Virus record (IMG/VR): IMGVR_UViG_3300031853_000009
Location: 32,001-96,000 of that record
Strand: one strand, 5' to 3'
Length of the DNA: 64,000 nt
Origin: a virus
Taxonomy: Duplodnaviria > Caudoviricetes
Positions within the stretch are counted from its first letter, which is position 1. The number at the start of each line of letters is the position of its first letter. Positions 1 through 9,440 of this stretch are shown here, piece by piece. The notes beneath the pieces are model-generated. The model had not been told where the DNA came from and did not search any database. It saw only the letters and a list, made by a program, of their open reading frames with translations. A program made the translations under genes and the position numbers.

Positions 1-758
1 AGCCTAAAACCCCTATAGAGGTAGTAAACGATAGAGATAAGGAAATATGGAATCTTTTTAATGTAATTAGAACTAAACCGCAAGAGTTCAAAGATTCTTT
101 TAAGTATATGCTTAATTCAAGGTATCAGTTTTACCTATATAGGGAACAAGACCCTGAGCCTCTCTCTGACGTACAGAGGGCAGTTCGCTTTTTTTACATA
201 GTTCAAAACGCTTACGGAGGGAAAACTCAACATTCAGGTTTTTCCGTCTCTCGCATGAAAAGGGAAGGTCCTGATCTTTATACTTTACAAGACAAGATAG
301 ATATGGTATATGAGAGAATAAAGAATGTCAGAATAGAAAATTTAGACTATCAAGAGTGCATCCAACGACATGATTTTCCTGGAGCTTTCTTCTATTTAGA
401 CCCGCCGTACTACATGAATTTGAAAAAAGAACTTTACTATACACACAATTTTATTCACGAAGACTTCCTCAATCTTAAAACAGTCCTTGAGAACATAAAA
501 GGAAAGTTTCTAATGACTATTAACGACTGCAAAGTCACTAGAGATTTATACTCAAACTTTAACCAAAAGGTTATAGACGGTGTGTACTGTTTAAGAGCTA
601 CCGAAATGGCAAAAGGTACTTGCAAAGACGGTACACAGGATGTTAAGCAACTTTTAGTTGCAAACTATGACATAGAACCGAGACGGTTCAAACTCAAGAC
701 AGGAGGTCTGAAATGTTCTACATCGAAGGAATCAAGGTCAAGAACTTCAAGTCCCTAA
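1..758 (+). CDS. DNA adenine methyltransferase (D12/Dam-like), 5'-truncated by window edge
   Basis: Frame is open from position 3 (PKTPIEVVND...); IENLDY and FYLDPPY catalytic motif. Confidence 0.9.
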   Translation, partial: PKTPIEVVNDRDKEIWNLFNVIRTKPQEFKDSFKYMLNSRYQFYLYREQDPEPLSDVQRAVRFFYIVQNAYGGKTQHSGFSVSRMKREGPDLYTLQDKIDMVYERIKNVRIENLDYQECIQRHDFPGAFFYLDPPYYMNLKKELYYTHNFIHEDFLNLKTVLENIKGKFLMTINDCKVTRDLYSNFNQKVIDGVYCLRATEMAKGTCKDGTQDVKQLLVANYDIEPRRFKLKTGGLKCSTSKESRSRTSSP

Positions 759-1807
759 AGAATGTATCTATAGGGCGCAGCAGGAAACAAGATACCCAGA
801 GTCTTTCCAATATGACTTGCTTTATAGGCAAGACTAATACTGGTAAGTCTAATTTTCTGGATGTCTTTTCTTTCATTCGGGACATGAATACTTATGGCGT
901 AAACTATGCCTGTGGAATCAGAGGAGGTTTTGATGCAGTTCGTACAAGAGGAGAACGCGACTTTATTACTTTTGAGTTTCTGCTTTCTGATATTGTCGGC
1001 AATAAGTATGTATATTTACTTACTGTTGGACGAGATCGACTGAATCTGTTCCGTAACGATAGTATCAGAGTAGAGATTCCTAATACTCCTAGCGCTCAGT
1101 CGGATTACACTTCTAATATGGCTGCGTTCTTTATTGACAGTTTTATTCCTGAGTTTACTAAAGAGGCTCTTCTGAATAAGACTGAAATGGTTCCGCAGCC
1201 GAGACTCGATCCGACTGGAAGTAATCTTGTGTCTATTATGCACCGTCTTTCTCAGCGTAAAGAGAATGAATCTTTCTTTTCTTTTCATTTTAAGACGCTC
1301 CTTGGTTTGAAAGACTACAGCATAGAGGTCACAGAGGATACTATAGAAAACAGTCCTGTGCTTAATCAGCGTTTTACGTCTCTTGAGCATGGTGAAGCCC
1401 TTTCCGTGGATAATAGAGGCAGTCTATCCTACGGAACTTTGAAGTACATGGCTTACGCTGTTCTATGTAAAAGTTTACACGAGTATTCTTTAGTGTGTAT
1501 AGAAGGCATAGAGAACAGCTTGTACCACCAGCTTATCCCTTGGCTCATCGAGGCGTATAGTTCTTCTGCCGTAAGTAACCGGAAAAATGTTTTTATGTGC
1601 ACGCACTCCACCTTTGCTCTTGACTCTTTGCGCTGCAAAGATGTATATATCTGTCAAAAAAGCACAGATGGTTTTACGGAGATTACCAGAGTGAGTAACA
1701 TTCCCGGCATTTACGAGAAGGTGAGCATGGGGGATAACCTTGGCTACTTGTGGAAAATCGGGGCGCTCGATCCGAGCTTGGGAAAATTCACAAAAAACGA
1801 AGGTTGA
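713..1807 (+). CDS. ABC/AAA_21-type ATPase
   Basis: IKVKNFKSL start, Walker A GKTNTGKSN, signature-like LSYGTL, degenerate Walker B CIEGIEN, H-loop CTHS. Confidence 0.8.
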   Translation: MFYIEGIKVKNFKSLKNVSIGRSRKQDTQSLSNMTCFIGKTNTGKSNFLDVFSFIRDMNTYGVNYACGIRGGFDAVRTRGERDFITFEFLLSDIVGNKYVYLLTVGRDRLNLFRNDSIRVEIPNTPSAQSDYTSNMAAFFIDSFIPEFTKEALLNKTEMVPQPRLDPTGSNLVSIMHRLSQRKENESFFSFHFKTLLGLKDYSIEVTEDTIENSPVLNQRFTSLEHGEALSVDNRGSLSYGTLKYMAYAVLCKSLHEYSLVCIEGIENSLYHQLIPWLIEAYSSSAVSNRKNVFMCTHSTFALDSLRCKDVYICQKSTDGFTEITRVSNIPGIYEKVSMGDNLGYLWKIGALDPSLGKFTKNEG

Positions 1808-1819
1808 GTCACTTTTTTC

Positions 1820-1848
1820 TTGCTCGTTTTGTGAAAACCGAGTATAGT
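1820..1848 (+). promoter_or_regulatory. sigma70-like promoter for SSB/RecA operon
   Basis: TTGCTC-17bp-TATAGT in intergenic gap. Confidence 0.55.
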
Positions 1849-1868
1849 GTTCTCAACTGAAGCGGAAA

Positions 1869-2037
1869 TGAGCCTTGAGCAAATAGAATCCGCATAACGC
1901 TTTGAGCAGAATCTTGGGCCTTGAGCCACGAGTGATTTGAGTAGCGAATAGTTTAAGCCTTGAGCCTTGAGCCGACAGAGCAACTTTAGCCCATTTGGGA
2001 GGTATGGGACATCTAACAGTAGAGGTAAGCCTTGTGC
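1869..2037 (+). repeat. Leader with dispersed (GCC)TTGAGC repeats
   Basis: About 7 copies or variants near 1871, 1898, 1917, 1936, 1956 (x2) and 2028. Confidence 0.7.
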
Positions 2038-2066
2038 AGATCGCCTAACTTTAACAGGAGTAGAAA

Positions 2067-3077
2067 ATGGACATGAGTATTTATGATGGTTTGAAGATGC
2101 GCCATAAGCGTCAAATTGACACGAAGGATTTTATCCGCACCGTGAAGAGTAATCTCTTCAATAACACCTTTCCTTCGGACATCCCTTTTTGGTCCCCCAA
2201 AGACGGAGACCACTTGATCGATTTTGTTCCTTGGATCGCAGGGAAAGATATGCCTCTTGATCGAAAGACAGGAACAGTCACGACTAGAGAAGGAGAGGTT
2301 GAGTACGTCATCGATGTAGATGTACATTGCCGTATCGGTCCTGCTTCCCTCGATTTTATCTGCCCTAAACAGAACTTTGGTAAACGCTGTCCTATCTGTG
2401 AATACCTTCGTAATGAAGGCTCCGGTAGTGAAGAAGCATGGAAGAAGTACAAAACTACGCGCCGTACTTTTTATCTTGTGTGGGTACATGATACCCCTGA
2501 AGATGAAGCTAAAGGTCTTCAGCTTTGGAATGTAGCACACTTCTTTATGGAGAATAAGCTACAGCCTTTGGCTACTCTTCCTAGAGGAGGTGGGTACAAG
2601 ATGTACTCTCATCCTACTGAAGGTAGTAATATCTCTTTCACTATCAAGAAGAAGGGCATGGGCAACATTGAGTATCTGGGTCATGCTTTGTATGATCGGG
2701 AACAGCCTATTCCTCAGTCCCTCTTGGATAGAGCTAGTCAGATTCATCTCGACGAGACTATGGTTATGCACCCGTCTTACGATGAAATTAAGCAGGCTTT
2801 GAAAGAAGCTCTTGAATGTGAGACTGCTTTTTCTTCTCGTGTACAGACAGCACCGGGGTTTGGCACTGAGGATGATGTTCCTTTTGCAGGACAAAGTATT
2901 CCTAATGTGCCGAGTCCTCAAAACTCTCAGAATGTAGATTGGTATGACGAAGACGAAGGCAAAGAAGTACAGCAGGCCCCTATGCAAGCTGAATCTATGC
3001 CTCCTTATGAGTCTCCCAAGAAGGTTCTGAAGAGGCCCCTTCGCGGAAACCTCATCATAAAGAAGAAGAGCATCTGA
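2067..3077 (+). CDS. Single-stranded DNA-binding protein (T4 gp32-like)
   Basis: Zn motif H..FICP..GKRCPICE, acidic/disordered C-terminus, directly upstream of recombinase. Confidence 0.8.
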   Translation: MDMSIYDGLKMRHKRQIDTKDFIRTVKSNLFNNTFPSDIPFWSPKDGDHLIDFVPWIAGKDMPLDRKTGTVTTREGEVEYVIDVDVHCRIGPASLDFICPKQNFGKRCPICEYLRNEGSGSEEAWKKYKTTRRTFYLVWVHDTPEDEAKGLQLWNVAHFFMENKLQPLATLPRGGGYKMYSHPTEGSNISFTIKKKGMGNIEYLGHALYDREQPIPQSLLDRASQIHLDETMVMHPSYDEIKQALKEALECETAFSSRVQTAPGFGTEDDVPFAGQSIPNVPSPQNSQNVDWYDEDEGKEVQQAPMQAESMPPYESPKKVLKRPLRGNLIIKKKSI

Positions 3078-3078
3078 T

Positions 3079-4188
3079 ATGCCCAGACTAAAGAAAGCTG
3101 CCCCTCCTAGTGAGGGGCAGTCCCCAGAAGAGATTGTAGAGGATGTCATGGAGATGAAAGATACGCCTATACAGAAGACTGCTCCTTATGCAGTGAAGGA
3201 TTTAGTTTCTTCTGCTAGTACAGTACTGAATCTTCGCTGTTCTGGTTACTGCCAAGGCGCTTTCAAACTCGGCACTATGGTCAATATCGTAGGTGACTCT
3301 CATGTAGGTAAGAGTATTCTTGCTCTGAGTATTCTTGCTGAATGTGCCCACGACGATAGATTTAATGACTATACTCTAATCTATGACGACACGGAAAACG
3401 CCAGCTTCTTTGACATCGCCGAAATGTTTGGTAGTCTGGCTACACGCTTGGAGGTGGTACAGTCTAGATACTTTGAGGAATGGCAGTCTCGGTTGGAAAA
3501 GCTCTTCCAGTCTGGTAAACCTGTTATTTATGTTCTTGACAGCTTTGACGGTATGAAAACCATTGAATATGAAAAGCTACAAGACGAGAACATGAAGCGC
3601 AGGGAAAAAGGGCAAGAAGAGAAAGGCTCTTTTGGTGATGGTAAAGCTAAACTCATGTCTGGTTATGGAGGTAGGCTAAATGACTGGTTAAACAAGACTA
3701 ACTCTCTTTGTGTTGTAATTTCACAGACGAGGCAGAACATAGGGATTACTTCTATGTTTAATCCAAAGATTAGGTCGGGCGGAGATGCTTTGAAGTTTTA
3801 TGCCGCCCATGAGATTTGGCTCTCTGTGAAGCAGACTGAGAAGCATTCTAAGTACAAGAATGAAATACTCAGAACTCAAGTACAGGCTAAAATCACGAAG
3901 AATAAACTCACTGGTCGCCGTGGAGTAGCCGAGTTCACTGTACTTGAAGGTTACGGCATAGACGATATTTCTTCTTGTATTAAGTATCTATGTGAAGCTG
4001 GTGTCTGGAGCGGTTCTGCTATCAGTATAGACACTAAAGGCTTCGTAGATGAACATACTACCAGAGCTAAACTGGTTCAGTATATAGAGGAAAATGGCAA
4101 AGAAGAAGAGGTCTTCAATCTTTGCCAGCAGGCTTACAACGACCTTATTAAGGACATAACCCCAGTTAGAAAGAGGAGATTTGCATGA
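3079..4188 (+). CDS. recA: RecA/UvsX-like recombinase
   Basis: Walker A GDSHVGKS, YVLDS, SQTRQNIG, SGGDALKFYA, KNK motifs. Confidence 0.92.
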   Translation: MPRLKKAAPPSEGQSPEEIVEDVMEMKDTPIQKTAPYAVKDLVSSASTVLNLRCSGYCQGAFKLGTMVNIVGDSHVGKSILALSILAECAHDDRFNDYTLIYDDTENASFFDIAEMFGSLATRLEVVQSRYFEEWQSRLEKLFQSGKPVIYVLDSFDGMKTIEYEKLQDENMKRREKGQEEKGSFGDGKAKLMSGYGGRLNDWLNKTNSLCVVISQTRQNIGITSMFNPKIRSGGDALKFYAAHEIWLSVKQTEKHSKYKNEILRTQVQAKITKNKLTGRRGVAEFTVLEGYGIDDISSCIKYLCEAGVWSGSAISIDTKGFVDEHTTRAKLVQYIEENGKEEEVFNLCQQAYNDLIKDITPVRKRRFA

Positions 4189-4982
4189 AACTTACACGTC
4201 CTAATACCCAGAAACCTTTCAACAAGCCTACTAAACCGGCTCCTGTAGCTCAACCTGCACAGCAGGAAGAAGTAGATTTTCAGGATGTTATTCGGATGCT
4301 TACTAATGTTACTCAGCAAAACAAGGATTTTGCTGAAGGCTTGAGCATCTTGACTCAGAAAGTCGATCAGATCGTTAAGGCTATTTCTGAAGTGATGACG
4401 AATAACAAAGAGTTCTGTGAGTCTGTTATTCAAGAGATTTCTGCCATCTCTGAATACATCAACATCCCGCCTGAAGAGGAACAGACTGAAGAGCAGCCTG
4501 AAGCTCAAGAAGCAGAAGCTCAAGAGGCTGAAGAGGCAGAAGCTCAAGAAGAAGAAGGTATCACAGCCGAGGATATTATGCAGATGTCTAGAGGAGACCT
4601 TATTGCTCTCATTGAAGAGAATGAGCTTCCTATTAAGGCCAGCGACTACCGTAAAGTAGATGATCTGCGTAAAGCTCTAATCCAGTATCTTGAGAGTGAC
4701 GATGACGATGGTGACACTGCCGCTGAAGATTCCGCCCCAGAAGAAGAAAAAGGCGATGAAGATGATACAGAGGCAGAATCATCTGACGATTCTACTGAAG
4801 CAGATACTGGAGCAGATACCGAAGCAGACAGTGCCGACGCCGAACCCGACACTACCGGAGGAAATAAAGTAAAAAAAAAGCCCAGTGAAGACAGCGAGGA
4901 CTTCAATCCTTTGACTGAAGACTTCAAAGGGGCCTACCCTCCGCCCGGTAGTGAAGAAGACGAAGACGAGGAGGACTGGTAA
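4185..4982 (+). CDS. Highly acidic hypothetical protein (coiled coil + small HeH/Rho-N-like helical domain)
   Basis: ATGA overlap with recA; EAQEA repeats, D/E-rich tail; helical segment DIMQMSRGDLIALIEEN...DDLRKALIQYLE. Confidence 0.7.
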   Translation: MKLTRPNTQKPFNKPTKPAPVAQPAQQEEVDFQDVIRMLTNVTQQNKDFAEGLSILTQKVDQIVKAISEVMTNNKEFCESVIQEISAISEYINIPPEEEQTEEQPEAQEAEAQEAEEAEAQEEEGITAEDIMQMSRGDLIALIEENELPIKASDYRKVDDLRKALIQYLESDDDDGDTAAEDSAPEEEKGDEDDTEAESSDDSTEADTGADTEADSADAEPDTTGGNKVKKKPSEDSEDFNPLTEDFKGAYPPPGSEEDEDEEDW

Positions 4983-5002
4983 TTATCCTGTCTCTTAACT
5001 AG

Positions 5003-5028
5003 AAAGGGGGCTTTAAGCCCCCTTTTTT
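5003..5028 (+). terminator. Rho-independent terminator
   Basis: AAAGGGGGC-TTTAA-GCCCCCTTTTTT. Confidence 0.85.
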
Positions 5029-5042
5029 AATGAGGAAACCTT

Positions 5043-5945
5043 ATGAGCAACGACCATATCACTCTTTGCATTATAGACTTGCACGCTATTCTTCATCTTG
5101 TGAAGCACTCTGCTGTGTCTAAAGGCATCCATAAAGATGAAGAGAATACCTTTCTTATTCACGGCTTCCTATATAAGTTAAGGTATCTCTGTTCTAAAAT
5201 AGGACCTACTCATGTGGTCTTTGCTTGTGATTCTTTGACTAATCATCGTAAGCGGGTCTATAAAGATTATAAATATAAGCGTAGCGATAAGACTGAAGAG
5301 CAGATACGTTTAGATGGCATAGCCTATCCTCAATTTAGCGCTATTAAAGAGTACATTCTTCCCACTATAGGATACAGAAACATTATAGAGCTAGATGGCT
5401 TTGAAGCGGATGATGTCATGGCTTCTATTTGTAAATGCTATCCTAGAAATAATAAGATAGTGATTACAGAAGATAGGGATTTATATCAGGTCTTGCGTGA
5501 CAATACTATCATCTTGTCGCCTAGAACTCATAGGTTCTTTACCGTAGATGACTTCAAAGAGGCTTACGGTATTACGCCTGATAAATGGGCGCTCGTCAAA
5601 ACTTACGGAGGCTGTGTTTCTGATAGCGTTCCGGGGATCAATTTTATAACAGCTTCTGGACAAGTATCAAGTAAGCGCTTCGGTGAAAAGACAGCTCTTC
5701 AATACATTAGAGGAGAGTTCAGCCCAGTTAAGTCTCAATACCTTTCTGTTCAAGACGAAAGGAATAAAGAGATTATAGAAAGAAACAAAAAGTTAGTAAC
5801 TCTTCCTTACGAAGGAACCCCTAGAATAAAGATAAAAGCTAACAGACTTTCTTTTGAAGGGTTCTTAAGTATCGTAGAGAAGTACGGTTTTCGCCAAATG
5901 GATAATGATGCTCCTGAGTTCAAAAGAGTCTTGAGGTTAGCATGA
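5043..5945 (+). CDS. 5'-3' exonuclease / flap endonuclease (T5 D15 / T4 RNase H-like)
   Basis: IID, FACDS, YKYKR, FEADD, TEDRDLYQ, SDSVPGI motifs. Confidence 0.9.
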   Translation: MSNDHITLCIIDLHAILHLVKHSAVSKGIHKDEENTFLIHGFLYKLRYLCSKIGPTHVVFACDSLTNHRKRVYKDYKYKRSDKTEEQIRLDGIAYPQFSAIKEYILPTIGYRNIIELDGFEADDVMASICKCYPRNNKIVITEDRDLYQVLRDNTIILSPRTHRFFTVDDFKEAYGITPDKWALVKTYGGCVSDSVPGINFITASGQVSSKRFGEKTALQYIRGEFSPVKSQYLSVQDERNKEIIERNKKLVTLPYEGTPRIKIKANRLSFEGFLSIVEKYGFRQMDNDAPEFKRVLRLA

Positions 5946-6484
5946 ACAGCACACAAAACACACAAAGTATCACACAAAAAGAGTTAAGAGCCTTACGCAA
6001 AAAGATGCACGAGGCTCAAGGTGAAAAGTGTCCCATCTTACGCTGTAAATTCCCCGTAGAGATTATGGTAGTCGATCATTTACACAGGAGAGCCGGACAA
6101 AAACTGGGAGAAAATGGAGCCGGGTGTATCCGAGGTGTCATCCACAGGCAAGCTAATGTCCTCGAAGGAAAATTTATAAACGCTTTCTATAGATATGGCT
6201 TGCATAAATTCATCGATCCTGTTACATTTCTCCGTAACTTGGCAGACTACCTTGAGGCTAAAACCACAAACATCATCCATCCAGCGGAGGCACAGAAAGA
6301 GAGAAAGAAAACTACCCAAAGGCTTAAAAAATCGTCATTTGGTAAACTCAAAAAAGCGCTTGAGGAGGCAGGGTATAAAGGCAAGATGCCTGAGTATCCT
6401 AAACTGGGCAGAATGACAGCCTTTATCCTTAAGCTCTTTGAACGAGTTAATCTTCAACCCGAATACTACAAGGAACAGACATGA
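5942..6484 (+). CDS. Recombination endonuclease VII (T4 gp49-like)
   Basis: CPIL..VVDHLH..IRGVIHRQANVLEGK. Confidence 0.85.
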   Translation: MNSTQNTQSITQKELRALRKKMHEAQGEKCPILRCKFPVEIMVVDHLHRRAGQKLGENGAGCIRGVIHRQANVLEGKFINAFYRYGLHKFIDPVTFLRNLADYLEAKTTNIIHPAEAQKERKKTTQRLKKSSFGKLKKALEEAGYKGKMPEYPKLGRMTAFILKLFERVNLQPEYYKEQT

Positions 6485-7932
6485 ACTATTCTTTGCGATC
6501 TGTAGCAGAAAAAGTACGCTCTTTGCAGAGCGCTTCAGCGACTAACGACAAGATTGCTTTACTTAAAGAGTACCTGCAAGATGACATTTTCCGCAGGTGC
6601 TTTGTTGCCGCTTATTCAGAAAGTACGGACTTTAAGATTAACAAGTTAAAGTTCCGTGAAGGTCTCATATCAGCGCAAGACGCAGCCCGGCATTTCGGCT
6701 TCTCTGAATTGTCTGAAGACATTATCCTTCTAGTTTTGAAGAGAATCTCAAAACAGAAGGGAGTGTCTGCTTTAGATAAGATGCACTTGGCTACTCTTGC
6801 TAGTGTAGATAAAGATACCTTTAGCGTAGTCCTTATGATTTGTAATAAGGACATGAATTGTAAGGTATCTGCGACCACCTTGAATAAAGCAGTTCCCGGT
6901 CTGATTAAGATTACTCCGTACCAACGTTGTAGTACTATGTCAGCCTTCGGGAATATCTCTTTTGAGCCTAAAGCTATTATTCAGTGTAAGGCTAATGGGC
7001 TTTTTGCGTACTGTATAGTTCGCAATGTACAGGGTAAACCGAAGATTACGTTTAAGTCCCGTCGTGGTAACATTATCCATCAATTAGACCGCCTGAAAGA
7101 AAAGCTGTGTACTCCTATCGTGAATAGCGATAAAAAGGTTCAGCATATCTTTGCCGCTTCTAAAGAAGAAGTAGTTTTGATGGGTGAGCTTCGGGTATTT
7201 GAACACAACAAAACCATAATGTCGAGGACTAAAGGCAATGGAATCATCTCTTCCTGCATTAGTGGCACAGCAGATGCTGAATACTTGGACAATATCTTTT
7301 ATACTATTTGGGACTGTATTCCTCTTTCTGACTATGAGAGAGCAGAATCCTCTAGAGAGTACCGGCGTAGATTTCTCGACGCTCTCAACTATGTTAATGC
7401 TGTTAGTAATCGGGAGGTGCTTCAGCTTATACCTACTCGGTATGTAGAGACCAAGCAAGAAGCTAACGACTTCTACAAAGAGATGATAGCCCAAGGTGAA
7501 GAAGGAGCTATTATCAAGAATTTAACAGCTACATGGAAGAATAACACCAGCACTGACATGGTTAAGATGAAGCCCATCATGGAAGTGGAACTCAGGATTG
7601 TATCTGTCACTGAGCATACTAAACAAAAAGGCTGGATGGGTTCTCTTGTCCTTGAGAGTGAAGACAGAGTAGTTAAGGTAAACTGCGGTTCAGGTTTCAC
7701 TGAGAAGCAAAGGCAAGAAGACTGGTCTGCCCATATAGGAAAGGTAGTTTCTATAGAAGCGGAGAGTCTTATTCAGGATAAAAGGACTAGAGCGTACTCT
7801 TTGTATCTTCCTGTTTTTATAGAGCTTCGCGTAGATAAAACGAAAGCGAACACCTTTGAAGAGATTCAAGCTATGGAGGTTCGTCCAGAAGGGAGAGAAA
7901 AGCACATAACTTCTGCTCACCCTGAAGAGTAA
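6481..7932 (+). CDS. ATP-dependent DNA ligase
   Basis: Motif I KANG, LMGEL, EGAIIK, KMK, GSGFTE, LYLPVFIELRVDK. Confidence 0.9.
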   Translation: MNYSLRSVAEKVRSLQSASATNDKIALLKEYLQDDIFRRCFVAAYSESTDFKINKLKFREGLISAQDAARHFGFSELSEDIILLVLKRISKQKGVSALDKMHLATLASVDKDTFSVVLMICNKDMNCKVSATTLNKAVPGLIKITPYQRCSTMSAFGNISFEPKAIIQCKANGLFAYCIVRNVQGKPKITFKSRRGNIIHQLDRLKEKLCTPIVNSDKKVQHIFAASKEEVVLMGELRVFEHNKTIMSRTKGNGIISSCISGTADAEYLDNIFYTIWDCIPLSDYERAESSREYRRRFLDALNYVNAVSNREVLQLIPTRYVETKQEANDFYKEMIAQGEEGAIIKNLTATWKNNTSTDMVKMKPIMEVELRIVSVTEHTKQKGWMGSLVLESEDRVVKVNCGSGFTEKQRQEDWSAHIGKVVSIEAESLIQDKRTRAYSLYLPVFIELRVDKTKANTFEEIQAMEVRPEGREKHITSAHPEE

Positions 7933-7965
7933 CTCAAGGCTGTAACTTCTTGTTTAGGAGGATGT

Positions 7966-8403
7966 ATGGGACTTGCTTATAAGCGAAAGATAAGAAAGCC
8001 TTATCTTAAAAGGCTGGGTCTAAAAGAGAACACTGTTTACGGAGTTTCCAAGTTGCAAAGAATTACTGAAAACGACTTGGCTTTCCTCGTATATAGTTTC
8101 TCTCATCTGACTAAACAAGAAGTTACAGATGCTCTTAATCTCTTGTTTAACGCTTTGATAGAGGCTATGCGGTATAGAAAAGAAATCCGCATAAAGAATT
8201 TTGGTACGTTTGAATACGGACCAAAGAAGAAGCTCATAAAGAGGAAAGATAGCAGGTGGGTTACGATAACTTCACCGGAGTACATTAAACTCATCCCTGA
8301 AGGAATGCTGGAGGCTGCTCTACAAAGGAGACAGTATAATAGCGATGCTAATCAAAACACTAGATTTAAGAAATTTTCAGAAGCACAAGAACCTATCCCT
8401 TAA
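7966..8403 (+). CDS. HU/IHF-like DNA-binding protein
   Basis: LTKQEVTDAL...EIRIKNFGTFE; RBS AGGAGG. Confidence 0.75.
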   Translation: MGLAYKRKIRKPYLKRLGLKENTVYGVSKLQRITENDLAFLVYSFSHLTKQEVTDALNLLFNALIEAMRYRKEIRIKNFGTFEYGPKKKLIKRKDSRWVTITSPEYIKLIPEGMLEAALQRRQYNSDANQNTRFKKFSEAQEPIP

Positions 8404-9391
8404 GTTTTCAAGGTATCTTACCGCTATTAAGGGAACTTCTGGCGTAGGGAAGTCCGCTATTCTGCGTTCCTTATTTCAGTTAATAGATGAAAGTATCCCT
8501 TGGTCTGCGTGCTGTACTTGGGATACTAATGATACCAGTATTAAGATTCAAGGGAAGGTAGATGGCAAACTCTGCGTTATAGAGCGCTTACGTTCTTCTG
8601 ACGTTAATTCTGTCATTATAGACGGCGTTAGCTATGAGTACATAGGTAAGAGTACTCCCGACATTCTAACTAGAAAATTAAACATAAAAGCACATAACAT
8701 CCAGAAACAGAAGGACTTCTGGTTTTTAATTGACATGAAACCGGGACAGCTCAGTAAAGAGCTTAACTCTGTTTCCGGTCTGAACATTATAGACGCCTCT
8801 ATACAGGAAATATCCTCAAGAGTACGAAATGCTCAAGCTGAGATACGAGTATTAAAGGCTCAAGCTATTGTCTTGGAAAAAGAGATTCAAGCTCTCGAAT
8901 ACATTCATAAGGCAGATGTAGATTTAACTTCTCTGGAAGAAGCTGAAGAACGTCTAAAACAGTCAAAGAGTGACGTTTACATCCTTAAGGAAAAAGCTGA
9001 AGAGTACAGACGGTATAAAAGCCAACAAAAAGAGTCACCAGCTTTTTTGGAGAAAGCCCTAGACGAACTTATCTCTTTATGGTACACTATGTCTGACCTA
9101 AAAGCTAAGTACAATGAACTTAAAGCTCTTTATGACACTTTTAGCGACTTAAAGAGCAAGTGTATAGACTGTACAGGTTTAGAGGAGCATTTCAAGGCAC
9201 TCTCTACAGCTTATGACTCTCTTGTCTCCGTCAGGAAACAGAATGAAAGGCTCCAGCAGCTGTCCTGTACTTATAGGCAGTACGCCGATGAGCTTTCTTT
9301 GAAGAAAGTAAAGCTCAAAGAGCAAGAAGAATTGCTCTCTGGAGTACAGAGCAAAATAAAGATTTGCCCTGTGTGTAACAGACCCATGTAG
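8345..9391 (+). CDS. sbcC: SbcC/Rad50 (gp46-like) N-terminal half
   Basis: LRNFQKH, Walker A GTSGVGKS, Q-loop, coiled coil, ends at zinc hook CPVC. Confidence 0.85.
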   Translation: MLIKTLDLRNFQKHKNLSLKFSRYLTAIKGTSGVGKSAILRSLFQLIDESIPWSACCTWDTNDTSIKIQGKVDGKLCVIERLRSSDVNSVIIDGVSYEYIGKSTPDILTRKLNIKAHNIQKQKDFWFLIDMKPGQLSKELNSVSGLNIIDASIQEISSRVRNAQAEIRVLKAQAIVLEKEIQALEYIHKADVDLTSLEEAEERLKQSKSDVYILKEKAEEYRRYKSQQKESPAFLEKALDELISLWYTMSDLKAKYNELKALYDTFSDLKSKCIDCTGLEEHFKALSTAYDSLVSVRKQNERLQQLSCTYRQYADELSLKKVKLKEQEELLSGVQSKIKICPVCNRPM

Positions 9392-9440
9392 TACGCAACA
9401 GATTCGTGTAACTTTTTGACTCATAACCTATGGAGAAGCT

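Noticed and set aside
6985-7000. Ligase KxNG (vs KxDG) as sign of inactivation
   Set aside because: Adenylated Lys and other ligase motifs are intact; treated as a variant
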